Assembly (NCBI GenBank): GCA_020846335.1
Contig: JADLED010000087.1
Location: 9,032-73,031 of the forward strand
Direction of reading: 5' to 3'
DNA length: 64,000 bases
Source of the DNA: Bacteroidia bacterium
GTDB taxonomy: Bacteria; Bacteroidota; Bacteroidia; B-17B0; Aurantibacillaceae
A program made the translations under genes and the position numbers. This document shows positions 18,800 through 28,542 of this stretch, piece after piece. The notes beneath the pieces were generated by a model, which saw only the letters and a program-made list of their open reading frames with translations, had not been told where the DNA came from and did no database searches. The first letter of the stretch is position 1. Every line of letters begins with the position of its first letter.

Positions 18800-21046
18800 T
18801 TAATTTTTAATGAATTTTTTAGTAACTGCCAGGGATGAATTCCAATTGTTGTAAGTAAAAGTTATCAGATAAACGCCTTTTTCAAATTCAGCGATGCTTA
18901 ATTGACTTTGGGCGTGATTGATGGGTTGCGAAAGGATGATTCTACCTGTAAGATCTTTAATAGTGATTTCTACACCGGAATTTTCAAAGTTACTACTACT
19001 TATATTAAGTGTTTCGGAAGCAGGATTTGGAAACAAAGTTATGCTTTCACTTAATTGTTCAGGAGTAAGATCCTTTAATCCAAGCAAAGGCGAATTACTT
19101 GTAAAAAAAGTAAGCCCACCGGAAGCATTGCCCACGAACAAATCGCGTTTTCCATCGCCATTCACATCTTCGTAGCACAGGCTCGACTGTCCGCCCTCGT
19201 ATAAATTATTTACAGCAGGATTTAACAAGGTGTAGCTTAGCAGGGGATTTGATGGCACAGCATACTCAAAAATACGGCCTGTTACTGAACCTACCAGTAA
19301 TTTAACGGCTCCTATCTCTCTGTAAAAATAGGGTACTGCATAGCCATCGTATCCAAACACATTGGGGTCGTCTTTTGTATCCACATTACCCAGAGTGTTT
19401 GTTACAAGCGAAAATGCAGGTACAGTGGCTGTTCCCACATTTTTATAAAACGCCACTCGTCCGTTTTTACCTCCTATCAATAAATCCAGTTTTGAGTCGC
19501 CGTCTAAATCAAAAAGTTGTGGTGCCGCAATGGCAGCGCTGGTGGTGAATGTAAAGGGGTTGTTTTTAAAAATCGAAAAATTACAAGTGGCGCCTACACC
19601 GGCCGTATTCTCGAACCAATGCACCTGACCACTCGAAGTACCTATAAGCAAATCGGTATCGCCATCACCATCCACATCGCCGGTGGTTGGTATTGCAAAC
19701 GAAATATTGGGCTTGCTACCCAAACCCGCGTAATCTCTACTTACCAAGGAGTAACGTGGCTTTGTGGCCGTGCCCACATTTTGATACAATGTTAGGCGGG
19801 CACTTAATGTGTTTCCCAAATAATAACCATAAGTGCCAATTAATAAATCTTTAAGATTATCATTATTGTAATCGAATACCACCGGATATGAATTTTGTCC
19901 CACGTCTATCATTTCGTCCTGAAGGAAATTATTTTTTACAAACTGAAAATTAACAGTGGGGGTGGTACTTGTATTTTTGTAAAACCACAGACTTTTAAAG
20001 TTTTCGCCGGAGGTAGTGTTGGGTGATGCAAAAAGATCTTCCTTCCCGTCACCGTCGCCATCTGCATAATACGTACATGGAAATGAATTCATGCGAATAA
20101 GCGTGGTATTGTTGGTTTTATAGTTGGGATAAATTTTGGTGGTATCGTTAAACGTAGCAGTTACTGAAGTACCATTGTTGTGAACGTACTGAACATAATT
20201 GCATGAAACATCACCCATTATCAAATCCATGTCCTTATCGCCATCGCTGTCTAAACAGGTAAGGCAGGAACCGGCGTGAAGTTCTTTGTGTTTTGGATCG
20301 CCCGAAATGGTTGCTAAACGCTGGTTTCCGGTACACAAATTAAAATCAACCGTACAACTTGTTTCAGCCACATTGCCCCAACAATCATCGCCAATAATAA
20401 ATTCAAGACTATCGGACAAATGATTTTTTTCGCGGCTCATGTTTTTATATTGCCTTAAAAAGGTGCCAAAAGCAGAAAAGGTCAACATGTCCAAATCGCC
20501 GTCATTATCCACATCTGCAATGGCCGGAACCCCTGTTACACTTGCAAAAAGCGGAATCAGATTGGGAGAAGCCGTTGTGCCAATGTCCACCATTAAAGGC
20601 GATTTAACCAGTTTAAAATTTGGCCAACCGTTTGGCGTTGTTATATTTCTGTACACCGTTACATCGCTGTTGCCCGAAGTAAAAAGGTCTTCCCTGCCAT
20701 CTTTATCGTAATCAAAAAAGACAGCCCAGCTAAAAGCGCGCGGCAAAAGGTAACTCAAATAGGTATCGGCACGGTACATGTTGGCACCGGTGCTTCCGGT
20801 ATTTATAAAACATCTGAAACGCCCTTCGCTGCTGGAATTGTTGCGGTCAAATATGACAAGGTCCTTTTTTCCATCACGGTTTAAATCAATAGACGACACG
20901 TTGGCTGAGTTAAATCCATTTCCCCAGGGCATTTTTAAAACATAACCATTTTCCAAAACCGTAATGGTATCGCGCACCACGGGCAATTGCGCAAAAACCG
21001 CGCCTGAAATAACACTGAAAACAAAGCAGATAATTTTACTTTTCAT
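18800..21046 (-). CDS. T9SS-secreted FG-GAP/VCBS repeat protein
   Basis: Many DxDxDGxxD Ca-binding blades (DLNRDGKKDL, DVDNDGDLDML, DLDGDSKLDL); CTD LFPNPAS...GVYLITF. Confidence 0.9.
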   Translation of the reverse strand: MKSKIICFVFSVISGAVFAQLPVVRDTITVLENGYVLKMPWGNGFNSANVSSIDLNRDGKKDLVIFDRNNSSSEGRFRCFINTGSTGANMYRADTYLSYLLPRAFSWAVFFDYDKDGREDLFTSGNSDVTVYRNITTPNGWPNFKLVKSPLMVDIGTTASPNLIPLFASVTGVPAIADVDNDGDLDMLTFSAFGTFLRQYKNMSREKNHLSDSLEFIIGDDCWGNVAETSCTVDFNLCTGNQRLATISGDPKHKELHAGSCLTCLDSDGDKDMDLIMGDVSCNYVQYVHNNGTSVTATFNDTTKIYPNYKTNNTTLIRMNSFPCTYYADGDGDGKEDLFASPNTTSGENFKSLWFYKNTSTTPTVNFQFVKNNFLQDEMIDVGQNSYPVVFDYNNDNLKDLLIGTYGYYLGNTLSARLTLYQNVGTATKPRYSLVSRDYAGLGSKPNISFAIPTTGDVDGDGDTDLLIGTSSGQVHWFENTAGVGATCNFSIFKNNPFTFTTSAAIAAPQLFDLDGDSKLDLLIGGKNGRVAFYKNVGTATVPAFSLVTNTLGNVDTKDDPNVFGYDGYAVPYFYREIGAVKLLVGSVTGRIFEYAVPSNPLLSYTLLNPAVNNLYEGGQSSLCYEDVNGDGKRDLFVGNASGGLTFFTSNSPLLGLKDLTPEQLSESITLFPNPASETLNISSSNFENSGVEITIKDLTGRIILSQPINHAQSQLSIAEFEKGVYLITFTYNNWNSSLAVTKKFIKN

Positions 21047-21120
21047 GGTATTACAAAAATATGCAAATAAAAAATGAAAAACGAAAACGTTTTAATGAAA
21101 CGAACGGTAAATCAGACCCC

Positions 21121-22356
21121 CTATTCTATTGCCGCAATCTTTTTATTTTGAACCGAAACCCATATCAGTAAGGGAACCAACAATAATGCCCCATAGGTAA
21201 GGATTTTGTAATGTTGGTAATACTTATCGAATTCGCCCAGCAAAATCTTTAGATTACAAGCCAAATAACTAATTATAAGCAACAGCATAACAACAATCCT
21301 GTGTGATTTAGTGAGGGCATTTTTATTTTTAATGAAGGTGTAAACCGAGATGGCGAATGCCGGCACCACAAACAAAAACGCATAGTGCTGCTGGTGCGGA
21401 AAAATTAAGGGAACCAACAACAAAATATAGCCTATTTCAGTAAACCGATCCATTTGCGATTTGGCCTTTACAAATGGTTTTAATGATAAAAAATAAAGTG
21501 TGAAAGCAACCAGGACCAAACGGGTTCCTAAAAGAATGAACTTAAATGTTTCGATAGAGACATTGGCAATGTTTCGTTTGAGAGGCATGGCATAAGGGTC
21601 GGGGGCATTCTCGATAAAAAGTGTGGTAAGTAAGGTGGTAAGACTGTGAAAACTACGCTCATCCACATCTAGCACATGATGCGAATTGGTTGGATTAATG
21701 AGGTTGAACCAGCTTAGCAGCAAATCCATATTGTAGTTATTTCCTATAATCAATCCCGGCAGCAACAGGCTCAGGATATATACCGATAAAGTAATTACAA
21801 AAGCCTTAAAATGGCCCCGGTAAAGCAAATAGGGTAATAACACAATTGGCAATAGTTTTATGTTTATGCCTAAAGCCAGCACCATGCTGCCCTTAATGGT
21901 CTGTCCGTTGTTAATCCAATACAATCCATAAACGCTACACCATAAAATAAGTATGGTAATTTGCGAGGCGTGAATATTTTCGTGCAAAAACCGAAACGAA
22001 AACAGAAACACAAATAGTAAAAAAAACTTTTTTTGTTTTTCTTCGAGCAGCTCCAATACTTTTGCATTAACCAGTAGCATAAACAATCGGTAATACAAAA
22101 ACAAGTTGAGCATTAACCAACAAAACTTTACCCAAAAAAAAGGCAGGTAATAAAATGGTTTGAGCAGCAAGGCGAAAAAAACCGAATAAAAATAACTGTA
22201 ATAAGTTTCGTATTTTTCGGTATAAATGTTTGTAACACCGTCAAGCTTACCCGCGGCAGAAGAAAAAATATAAAAGTCGCCTTCCCCAACCGCCTCAAAC
22301 AGGCAGTAAACGATGGCAATCAATACAATTACAAATGTCCAGACTCTTGCCTTCAT
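21121..22356 (-). CDS. Glycosyltransferase family 87 (GT-C, DUF2029-like) membrane protein
   Basis: Multi-TM; GDF near N-terminus, ENIHASQITIL, INIKLLPIVLLPYLL patterns. Confidence 0.75.
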   Translation of the reverse strand: MKARVWTFVIVLIAIVYCLFEAVGEGDFYIFSSAAGKLDGVTNIYTEKYETYYSYFYSVFFALLLKPFYYLPFFWVKFCWLMLNLFLYYRLFMLLVNAKVLELLEEKQKKFFLLFVFLFSFRFLHENIHASQITILILWCSVYGLYWINNGQTIKGSMVLALGINIKLLPIVLLPYLLYRGHFKAFVITLSVYILSLLLPGLIIGNNYNMDLLLSWFNLINPTNSHHVLDVDERSFHSLTTLLTTLFIENAPDPYAMPLKRNIANVSIETFKFILLGTRLVLVAFTLYFLSLKPFVKAKSQMDRFTEIGYILLLVPLIFPHQQHYAFLFVVPAFAISVYTFIKNKNALTKSHRIVVMLLLIISYLACNLKILLGEFDKYYQHYKILTYGALLLVPLLIWVSVQNKKIAAIE

Positions 22357-22380
22357 CAGCCAAAATTCTATTAAAAATTT

Positions 22381-23253
22381 ATGCTAAATTTAGGATTTAT
22401 AAGTCAGGCTTTGCAAAACTTATTGGCATATTTTTATTCAGAACACCATCGCGCCACACACACGTACTGGTTCAAAAAAGCACTTTACGTTTATCTCATC
22501 CTTAAATGCCTGTATTGGTTAGCCTACTTTCCCTTGTATTTTGGTCAAAACGCCATTTTTCTCTCCAAACCCGCATTTATAGGCGTTTTTAAGAGTTTTC
22601 CCTTTTTACTACTCAATGTTAATTCACCTGCCTTAAATGCGTTTTTTTTAGTTGGTCTTTTAGGCATTTGTTGTTTTAAGTTAGTATCAGATAAATTTTA
22701 TTTTGTTCCCGAATTTATTGCCTGGCTGTTGGCGCTTAACCTTCATAATGCCACGTACGCAGGCAACACAGGTGGCGATTTGTTAGCAAACCAGTTCCTG
22801 TTATTCAATTGTTTTTTAAGCGTTCGCTCATTTACTTCTTCAGGTAAATTTACCGAAATTAAAACACTGTTTCACAATCTGGCAGTGCTGGGCATTATGA
22901 TTCAGCTTTGTGTGGCCTATTTTTTATCGGCCGTTGCCAAACTTGCCGATGCCGATTGGCAGGCAGGCAACGCCATTGCCATTGTGTCGCAAACCAGTCA
23001 TTTCTCCTTGTTTTCGTTTCCGGGCTATTCATCAAAAAACAACTGGGTTTATGTATTGCTCAATTACATAGTACTTGGTTACCAAACAATTTTTGCCATA
23101 ATGGCCTGGTTACCGTTTTTTAAAAAAACCTTTTTACTTATTGGGGTGCTTATGCACCTCTACATTGCCTTCGTAATGGGCCTTCCATGGTTTGGAGGCA
23201 TCATGATACTTGGCTACATTTTCTTCTGGCCATTTAAAAAAGCGATTTCATAA
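22381..23253 (+). CDS. HTTM-domain membrane protein (vitamin K-dependent carboxylase/SdpB-like)
   Basis: Multi-TM; GGD motif, QLCVAYFLSAVAKL..ADWQAGNA, MHLYIAFVMGLPWFG. Real start may be TTG 22411. Confidence 0.75.
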   Translation: MLNLGFISQALQNLLAYFYSEHHRATHTYWFKKALYVYLILKCLYWLAYFPLYFGQNAIFLSKPAFIGVFKSFPFLLLNVNSPALNAFFLVGLLGICCFKLVSDKFYFVPEFIAWLLALNLHNATYAGNTGGDLLANQFLLFNCFLSVRSFTSSGKFTEIKTLFHNLAVLGIMIQLCVAYFLSAVAKLADADWQAGNAIAIVSQTSHFSLFSFPGYSSKNNWVYVLLNYIVLGYQTIFAIMAWLPFFKKTFLLIGVLMHLYIAFVMGLPWFGGIMILGYIFFWPFKKAIS

Positions 23254-23260
23254 AAAATTG

Positions 23261-23268
23261 TATCTTTG
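23261..23268 (+). promoter_or_regulatory. Bacteroidota -7 promoter element for prfB (TATCTTTG)
   Basis: Exact TAnnTTTG 6 nt upstream of ATG 23275. Confidence 0.65.
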
Positions 23269-23274
23269 CCACCT

Positions 23275-24373
23275 ATGTTTACAATTGATCAACTAAAAGA
23301 CTTGAATGAACGCGGTAGCGCATTGAGGGGGTTTCTTTGACTACGATAGAAAGAAACACGACCTTGAGCTGCTCGAAGAAAAGACCTTAGACCCCAATTT
23401 CTGGAACGACTCCAAACAGGCGGAAAAAATTTTGAATGACGTAAAGCAGTTAAAAACCTGGACTTCCGGCTATGAAGAATTGTCGCGGCAACTCGACGAC
23501 CTCAACACCCTTTACGAATTTTTTAAAAGTGGTGATGCCACCGAAGAAGAAACCGTTGCCGAATTTAACAACACCTTAAAAAAACTCGAAGACATTGAGT
23601 TTAAAAATATGTTGCGCGCCGATGAGGACAAACTCAACTGCGTGTTGCAAATTAATGCAGGTGCGGGTGGCACCGAAAGTTGCGACTGGGCCAGTATGCT
23701 CATGCGCATGTACATGATGTGGGCCGAAAAAAATGGCTTTAAGGTATCGGAACTGGATTACAACGGCGGCGATGTTGCCGGAATTAAATCGGTTTCGCTG
23801 CAAATTGAAGGCGAATTTGCTTTTGGTTATTTAAAAGGAGAAAATGGTGTTCACCGTTTGGTGCGCATCAGTCCCTTTGACTCTAACGCCAAGCGCCACA
23901 CGAGTTTTGCCTCGGTGTATGTGTATCCGATTGTGGACGACACCATTGAAATTGAAATTAAACCGGCCGATCTTGAGGTTACTACATCGCGCAGTGGCGG
24001 CGCAGGTGGGCAAAACGTGAATAAGGTAGAAACTAAAGTACAAATGTTACACAAGCCCACCGGCATTGTTGTGGTTTGTCAGATAGAACGTTCGCAACAC
24101 GGCAACAGAGAAAGGGCTTTGCAAATGCTGCGTTCACAATTATATGAACTTGAAATGCGCAAGCGGAACGAAAGCAAACAGGCCGTGGAAGATGGAAAAA
24201 TGAAAATTGAATGGGGCTCTCAAATCAGAAGCTACGTTTTACATCCTTACAAAATGGTAAACGACCACCGCACCGAATTAAAAATTACCGATGCAGAAGG
24301 TGTGTTGAATGGTAATCTGGATGAACTGATTAAAACCTACCTGATGGCTTTGGGTGGAAACCTAAAAAAATAA
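23275..24373 (+). CDS. prfB: Peptide chain release factor 2 (programmed +1 frameshift)
   Basis: ATG 23275 [21 protein letters not shown] then CTT TGA C; +1 frame continues DYDRKK..FWND..; SPF and GGQ motifs. Confidence 0.97.
23326..23341 (+). promoter_or_regulatory. RF2 +1 frameshift cassette (AGGGGG-TTT-CTTTGAC)
   Basis: SD-like AGGGGG 3 nt before the CTT TGA C slippery site. Confidence 0.95.
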
Positions 24374-24414
24374 ATTAAGCCCGGCACATTAGTTCCCGGT
24401 CGGCAATAAAAATT

Positions 24415-25188
24415 ATGAAACATCCGGTAAAAGCGAAAAAACATTTAGGGCAGCATTTTTTAAATGATGAAAACATTGCCCGCAACATTGTGGAAGCTTT
24501 GCTCGAGAAAGACAATGCCAGCCCCATTGTGGAAGTGGGCCCCGGCACAGGGGTTCTTACACAATTTTTAGTGGAACAAAAGAATTTTTTTGCCCTGGAT
24601 GTGGACGAAGAGTCGGTTGCATTCTTAAAAAATAAATACCCACAACACCAATCACAGTTTTTACTTTCTGATTTTTTAGAAACCGATATTAAAACCATTG
24701 CCGGGCCAAAATACAATGTAATTGGAAATTTCCCATACAACATTTCGAGTCAGATCATGTTTAAGGTGCTTGAAGAAAAAGAGAGTGTGGATTATGTGGT
24801 GGGCATGTTTCAAAAGGAAGTGGCTTTGCGTTTGGCTGAAAAACCAGGTTCAAAAGTGTATGGCATTTTAAGTGTTTTATTGCAGGCTTTTTATGACATT
24901 GAATATTTGTTTACTGTAAACGAAAATGTTTTTAGTCCACCGCCCAAAGTAAAAAGTGCTGTTATCCGTTTAAAGCGCAACAATGTGAAGCATTTGGATT
25001 GCGACGAAGTATTGTTTAAGAAAATTGTAAAAACCTGTTTTAATCAACGGCGAAAAACAATCCGTAATTCGGTAAGAACTCTTTTTAACAACAACGATTT
25101 GCGCGAACCTTTGTTAGACAAACGCCCGGAGCAACTTTCGGTAGCGGAATTTGTAATGCTGACTAAGTTTGTGGAGGCGAATCAATAA
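24415..25188 (+). CDS. rsmA: 16S rRNA m6,2A dimethyltransferase
   Basis: AKKHLGQHFL, VEVGPGTG, IGNFPYNISS, PPPKVKSAV. Confidence 0.97.
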   Translation: MKHPVKAKKHLGQHFLNDENIARNIVEALLEKDNASPIVEVGPGTGVLTQFLVEQKNFFALDVDEESVAFLKNKYPQHQSQFLLSDFLETDIKTIAGPKYNVIGNFPYNISSQIMFKVLEEKESVDYVVGMFQKEVALRLAEKPGSKVYGILSVLLQAFYDIEYLFTVNENVFSPPPKVKSAVIRLKRNNVKHLDCDEVLFKKIVKTCFNQRRKTIRNSVRTLFNNNDLREPLLDKRPEQLSVAEFVMLTKFVEANQ

Positions 25189-25199
25189 GTTTTCAATCG

Positions 25200-26426
25200 C
25201 TACTTTAACAATTTCATTTCAATTTTTGGATTCAGAACTTCCTTAATTCCAATTTTATTGGTTTTAAAAAACACTACCGATAGCACCGTGGCCTGCGCCA
25301 AATAAGCCAACGAAGCAGCATAGCAGGCTCCCTTTAAACCGAAGTAGTTAATAAATGGCCAGGCGGTACAAACGGCTATTAATAATCCGGAAAGGTTGGC
25401 CACAAGCAATATTTTTTGCCTGCCCAATCCCGAAAAATAATGGCTGAGAATGGCCGAAAAACTCAAACACAATATGCCGGGCGAAAGGTAAAGCATAACC
25501 ATTTTGGTTTGTTCAAAGTTTTTCCCCAACATAAAGGTAAACAACTCATTAGGCAATAACACAATAATAAAAACACAAAATAAGCTCAACACAAAACACA
25601 GTTTGGCAAGTGCAAGACTCAGGCGGGCATTATTAACCACATCCTTTTTATTAGCCACATGGCTGAGTATAATGGGCGAAATACTTCCGCTAATTATTAA
25701 TACTGATTCAATTAAGGAGGTGGAACTGGCATAAACACCCACAAGGGCCGCACTGCTCAACAAATAATAGTTTAAGCGATTGCTTAATGTGTGCGCCAGA
25801 TTGCCTAACTGGTTTATAAAACCATTTTGAATCACTTTAAAAAATCCGATTTTTCCGTCGTTACCTGTTGTTTTAAAAAGGCCGATTAACAAAACTGCCG
25901 AAACCAAAAGTGCTATGCCAAAAGAAATGTAAAGCGAAAACAGGTAGGCATTAAAGGTTCGGTTGCTTAATACAAACAGTTGAATGGATAAAGCCATGAG
26001 CATAAGTGCAGGCTGAGCAAACACCATTAAATTGTAGTGTTTTATTTTTTCGCGGGCGAGCAGCAAAACGTTGTGAAAGGTGTTTAACGTGATGATGAAG
26101 GACAAACTCAGTAAATGAAAGAAGGATGTGGCATCCACTTTATTTAGCAACCAGAACAGCAAGTTAAGTGTGAGTGAGCTTGCCAGGGCGAATAAAAATC
26201 CATGCCGGTAAATTTGCGCGAGGGAATTTTTTGGAACAAAATACACAATGGCAGAACCTGTATAAATTTCGTTTATCGTTTGAATGATGGCGATATTGAG
26301 AATTAAAATATTTACCTGACCCCAAATTTCTATGCCAAGGTATCTTGCCGAAATTAGTAACAAGGCAAAGTTGCTCAAAGCCACAAAACCCCTCGAAAAA
26401 AAAGCAGATATGATGTTTTTAATCAA
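25200..26426 (-). CDS. Polysaccharide flippase (Wzx/MATE-like)
   Basis: About 12 TM helices; N-terminal and central patterns of PST exporters; next to a GT4 gene. Confidence 0.75.
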   Translation of the reverse strand: MIKNIISAFFSRGFVALSNFALLLISARYLGIEIWGQVNILILNIAIIQTINEIYTGSAIVYFVPKNSLAQIYRHGFLFALASSLTLNLLFWLLNKVDATSFFHLLSLSFIITLNTFHNVLLLAREKIKHYNLMVFAQPALMLMALSIQLFVLSNRTFNAYLFSLYISFGIALLVSAVLLIGLFKTTGNDGKIGFFKVIQNGFINQLGNLAHTLSNRLNYYLLSSAALVGVYASSTSLIESVLIISGSISPIILSHVANKKDVVNNARLSLALAKLCFVLSLFCVFIIVLLPNELFTFMLGKNFEQTKMVMLYLSPGILCLSFSAILSHYFSGLGRQKILLVANLSGLLIAVCTAWPFINYFGLKGACYAASLAYLAQATVLSVVFFKTNKIGIKEVLNPKIEMKLLK

Positions 26427-26503
26427 TTTATTTTTTTGTTAAACTTTCTTTATTAAGTTATTTGTTTTTAGTCATTAATGTTTAATATAACCTCTTGCTT
26501 CTT

Positions 26504-26647
26504 GTCTCTTGAGTCTCTTCAGTCCCTTGAGTCCCTTCCGTCCCTTAAGTCTCTTCCGTACCTTGAGTCCCTTCCGTCCCTTGAGTCCCTTCCATCCCTT
26601 GAGTCCCTTAAGTCCCTTCCGTCCCTTGAGTCCCTTCAATCCCTTCC
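26504..26647. repeat. Tandem array of 16 x 9-bp units, consensus GTCCCTTNN
   Basis: Units read directly: GTCTCTTGA GTCTCTTCA GTCCCTTGA GTCCCTTCC GTCCCTTAA GTCTCTTCC GTACCTTGA GTCCCTTCC GTCCCTTGA GTCCCTTCC ATCCCTTGA GTCCCTTAA GTCCCTTCC GTCCCTTGA GTCCCTTCA ATCCCTTCC. Confidence 0.97.
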
Positions 26648-27814
26648 CTCCCCCAACACCTCGTCATACACATTGTTCAAACCGGCAGCAACTTTTTCCG
26701 GGCTAAAATTTTCCACAACAAAAGTTCGCATTTTATCGGAATTGTACTTTTTTTTGTTTGCCGCAAAATCCAGTATGGCTTTGGTCAGTTCGGCTTCGTT
26801 GCCTTTTTCCACCATTACGCCGAATTCCGGTTGCATGTAGTCTTTAATGGCTCCTGCGTTGCTTGTTATAACTGGTTTTCCGCAGGCCCATGCTTCGGTA
26901 ATTACCAAACAAAAGGTTTCAAAATAACTAAACATGAGCAAGGCATCGCACTGGTTGATGGCTTCCACCAAATTGTTAGATTGCAAACGTCCTTTAAAAC
27001 TAATTCTTCCTTTTTTATCGCTAATCTTTGCCAGGGTTTGCCACTTTTCTCTTTCTTCTCCATCGCCCACAATCCACAGTTCCATCTGTTCGTTTATTTT
27101 GAGTGCCTTTGTAAATGCCTTGATAATGCCATCGATATTTTTTTCGCGATTGGTTAATGAAGAAATGTGAATGAAACGCGTTACAGGTTCCTCCGGTTTA
27201 GGCATTGGCACAAAACGCGAAGTGTCCACCACGTTTGGCAACACCTTGTAATTACCGCTCAATCCCTGTGAAAGCATGGCCTGTTTCAAAAAATTACTCA
27301 CCGGCAAAATGGCTTTGGCATGTCGGATAATTTTTTTCGTAATCAATTTTAGCAGAAACCCTTTGTAATTGCCATCCTCGGCGCAGTAGCCCGACCAACT
27401 TTCGTTTACTATGTATGGCAACCGGTGTTTTTTTGCCAGATGCATTGCACCAAAGCCAGCCGGAATTACCACATTGAGTTGGATTAAATCGGGTGCAGCG
27501 CCTTTTTGAAGCAGGCGTTCGTAAGCTAAATCAAAACCTTGTTTTTGCCTTTTAATTTTTAGCCAGTTCGACCACAATGGAATGTTTGATTCTACTTTTT
27601 TATAATAAACCTGAATTTCGAAAAAACCATCGGTATTTTTTTCTTCCAACTCAAACAACTGAGTTTGCCCGCTGTTTGAACTCACATGAATAACACTTAC
27701 CCGGTTGTTGAGCGCGGCTGCCTTTGCAAAGTTGAAATTAAAAATGCCGTGCCCCACATTGTTTTTGTTGGGATACCAGGATGAAATAAAGAGTATGTGC
27801 TTTTGCTTAGTCAT
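26636..27814 (-). CDS. Glycosyltransferase family 4
   Basis: FISSWYP N-terminus, PNVVD, ETFCLVITEAWACGKPVITS (EX7E) motif. Confidence 0.92.
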   Translation of the reverse strand: MTKQKHILFISSWYPNKNNVGHGIFNFNFAKAAALNNRVSVIHVSSNSGQTQLFELEEKNTDGFFEIQVYYKKVESNIPLWSNWLKIKRQKQGFDLAYERLLQKGAAPDLIQLNVVIPAGFGAMHLAKKHRLPYIVNESWSGYCAEDGNYKGFLLKLITKKIIRHAKAILPVSNFLKQAMLSQGLSGNYKVLPNVVDTSRFVPMPKPEEPVTRFIHISSLTNREKNIDGIIKAFTKALKINEQMELWIVGDGEEREKWQTLAKISDKKGRISFKGRLQSNNLVEAINQCDALLMFSYFETFCLVITEAWACGKPVITSNAGAIKDYMQPEFGVMVEKGNEAELTKAILDFAANKKKYNSDKMRTFVVENFSPEKVAAGLNNVYDEVLGEGRD

Positions 27815-27966
27815 TTATTATTTACTACTAAACAATTTTTTACAAAGCAACTTAATTCAATAATAACAAAAGGTTGATTTTTTAAACTGGAAGAAACATT
27901 TGCTGCCTGTGGAATTTTGTGCGTTAAGCTTACAGACATTGACGATTGAGGCTTTGGATTTGAAAA

Positions 27967-28542
27967 TTATTCCATATTAATGGTCACTTCCATCAAAAAC
28001 ATCGAACGGTCGTCGTTAATGGTTTCAAACTCGGTGCGCAGTTTGTTTCCGCTCTTCATACCAATGGTAATAAAGCCGAGGCCGGCACCACCTTTATCGC
28101 TCAATTCGTTGTTCTCGAGGTGTTCGAGGTAATATGTTTTTAAATCGCCCGGATCCTCAAAAGAGTTGATGCGTTCAATGTGTTTTTGAATTTTTGGAAT
28201 GGCCGGATTGTGAATGAGGTTGGCCCCAATCATTTTAACGGCTTTATCGGCAATGTATAAAATAAAAAAATTGTGCTTGGCCCCGTTTTCATCTTTGTAG
28301 CCATGAATGTACATGTTTTGCAGGGCCTCAATACAAATGAAAAATACTTTGCGAATGACAATTTTTGGAAGTCCTTTTTCAAGAATTTTTCCTTCAATTT
28401 CAGTTTCGAGTTTAGAAATTGTTTCGGGATTAAGCACGCCGTCATAAGCAAGGATAAGTTCTCCTGTCTTATTTACATGCTCAACGTTTTTTGAAAAATA
28501 AGATTCAAAAAAACCTGCATCTTTATTTATTGTAACACTCAC
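27967..28542 (-). CDS. SiaB-family protein kinase (GHKL-like)
   Basis: IEALQNMYIHG N-box and KGGAGLGFITI G-box, with the layout of the SiaB/DUF6272 family; GTG start. Confidence 0.75.
   Translation of the reverse strand: MSVTINKDAGFFESYFSKNVEHVNKTGELILAYDGVLNPETISKLETEIEGKILEKGLPKIVIRKVFFICIEALQNMYIHGYKDENGAKHNFFILYIADKAVKMIGANLIHNPAIPKIQKHIERINSFEDPGDLKTYYLEHLENNELSDKGGAGLGFITIGMKSGNKLRTEFETINDDRSMFLMEVTINME

Noticed and set aside
26636-26638. Selenocysteine/readthrough at the GT4 TGA
   Set aside because: The GT4 domain is complete before the stop, no SECIS-like hairpin is evident, and a second in-frame TGA lies within the repeat
26504-26647. CRISPR array
   Set aside because: Contiguous 9-bp units with no unique spacers, and no cas genes in the window
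26478-26840. 120-aa plus-strand ORF (SLESLPS repeats) and the 65-aa ORF at 26509
   Set aside because: Translations of the tandem repeat, antisense to the GT4 gene; no other coding signal
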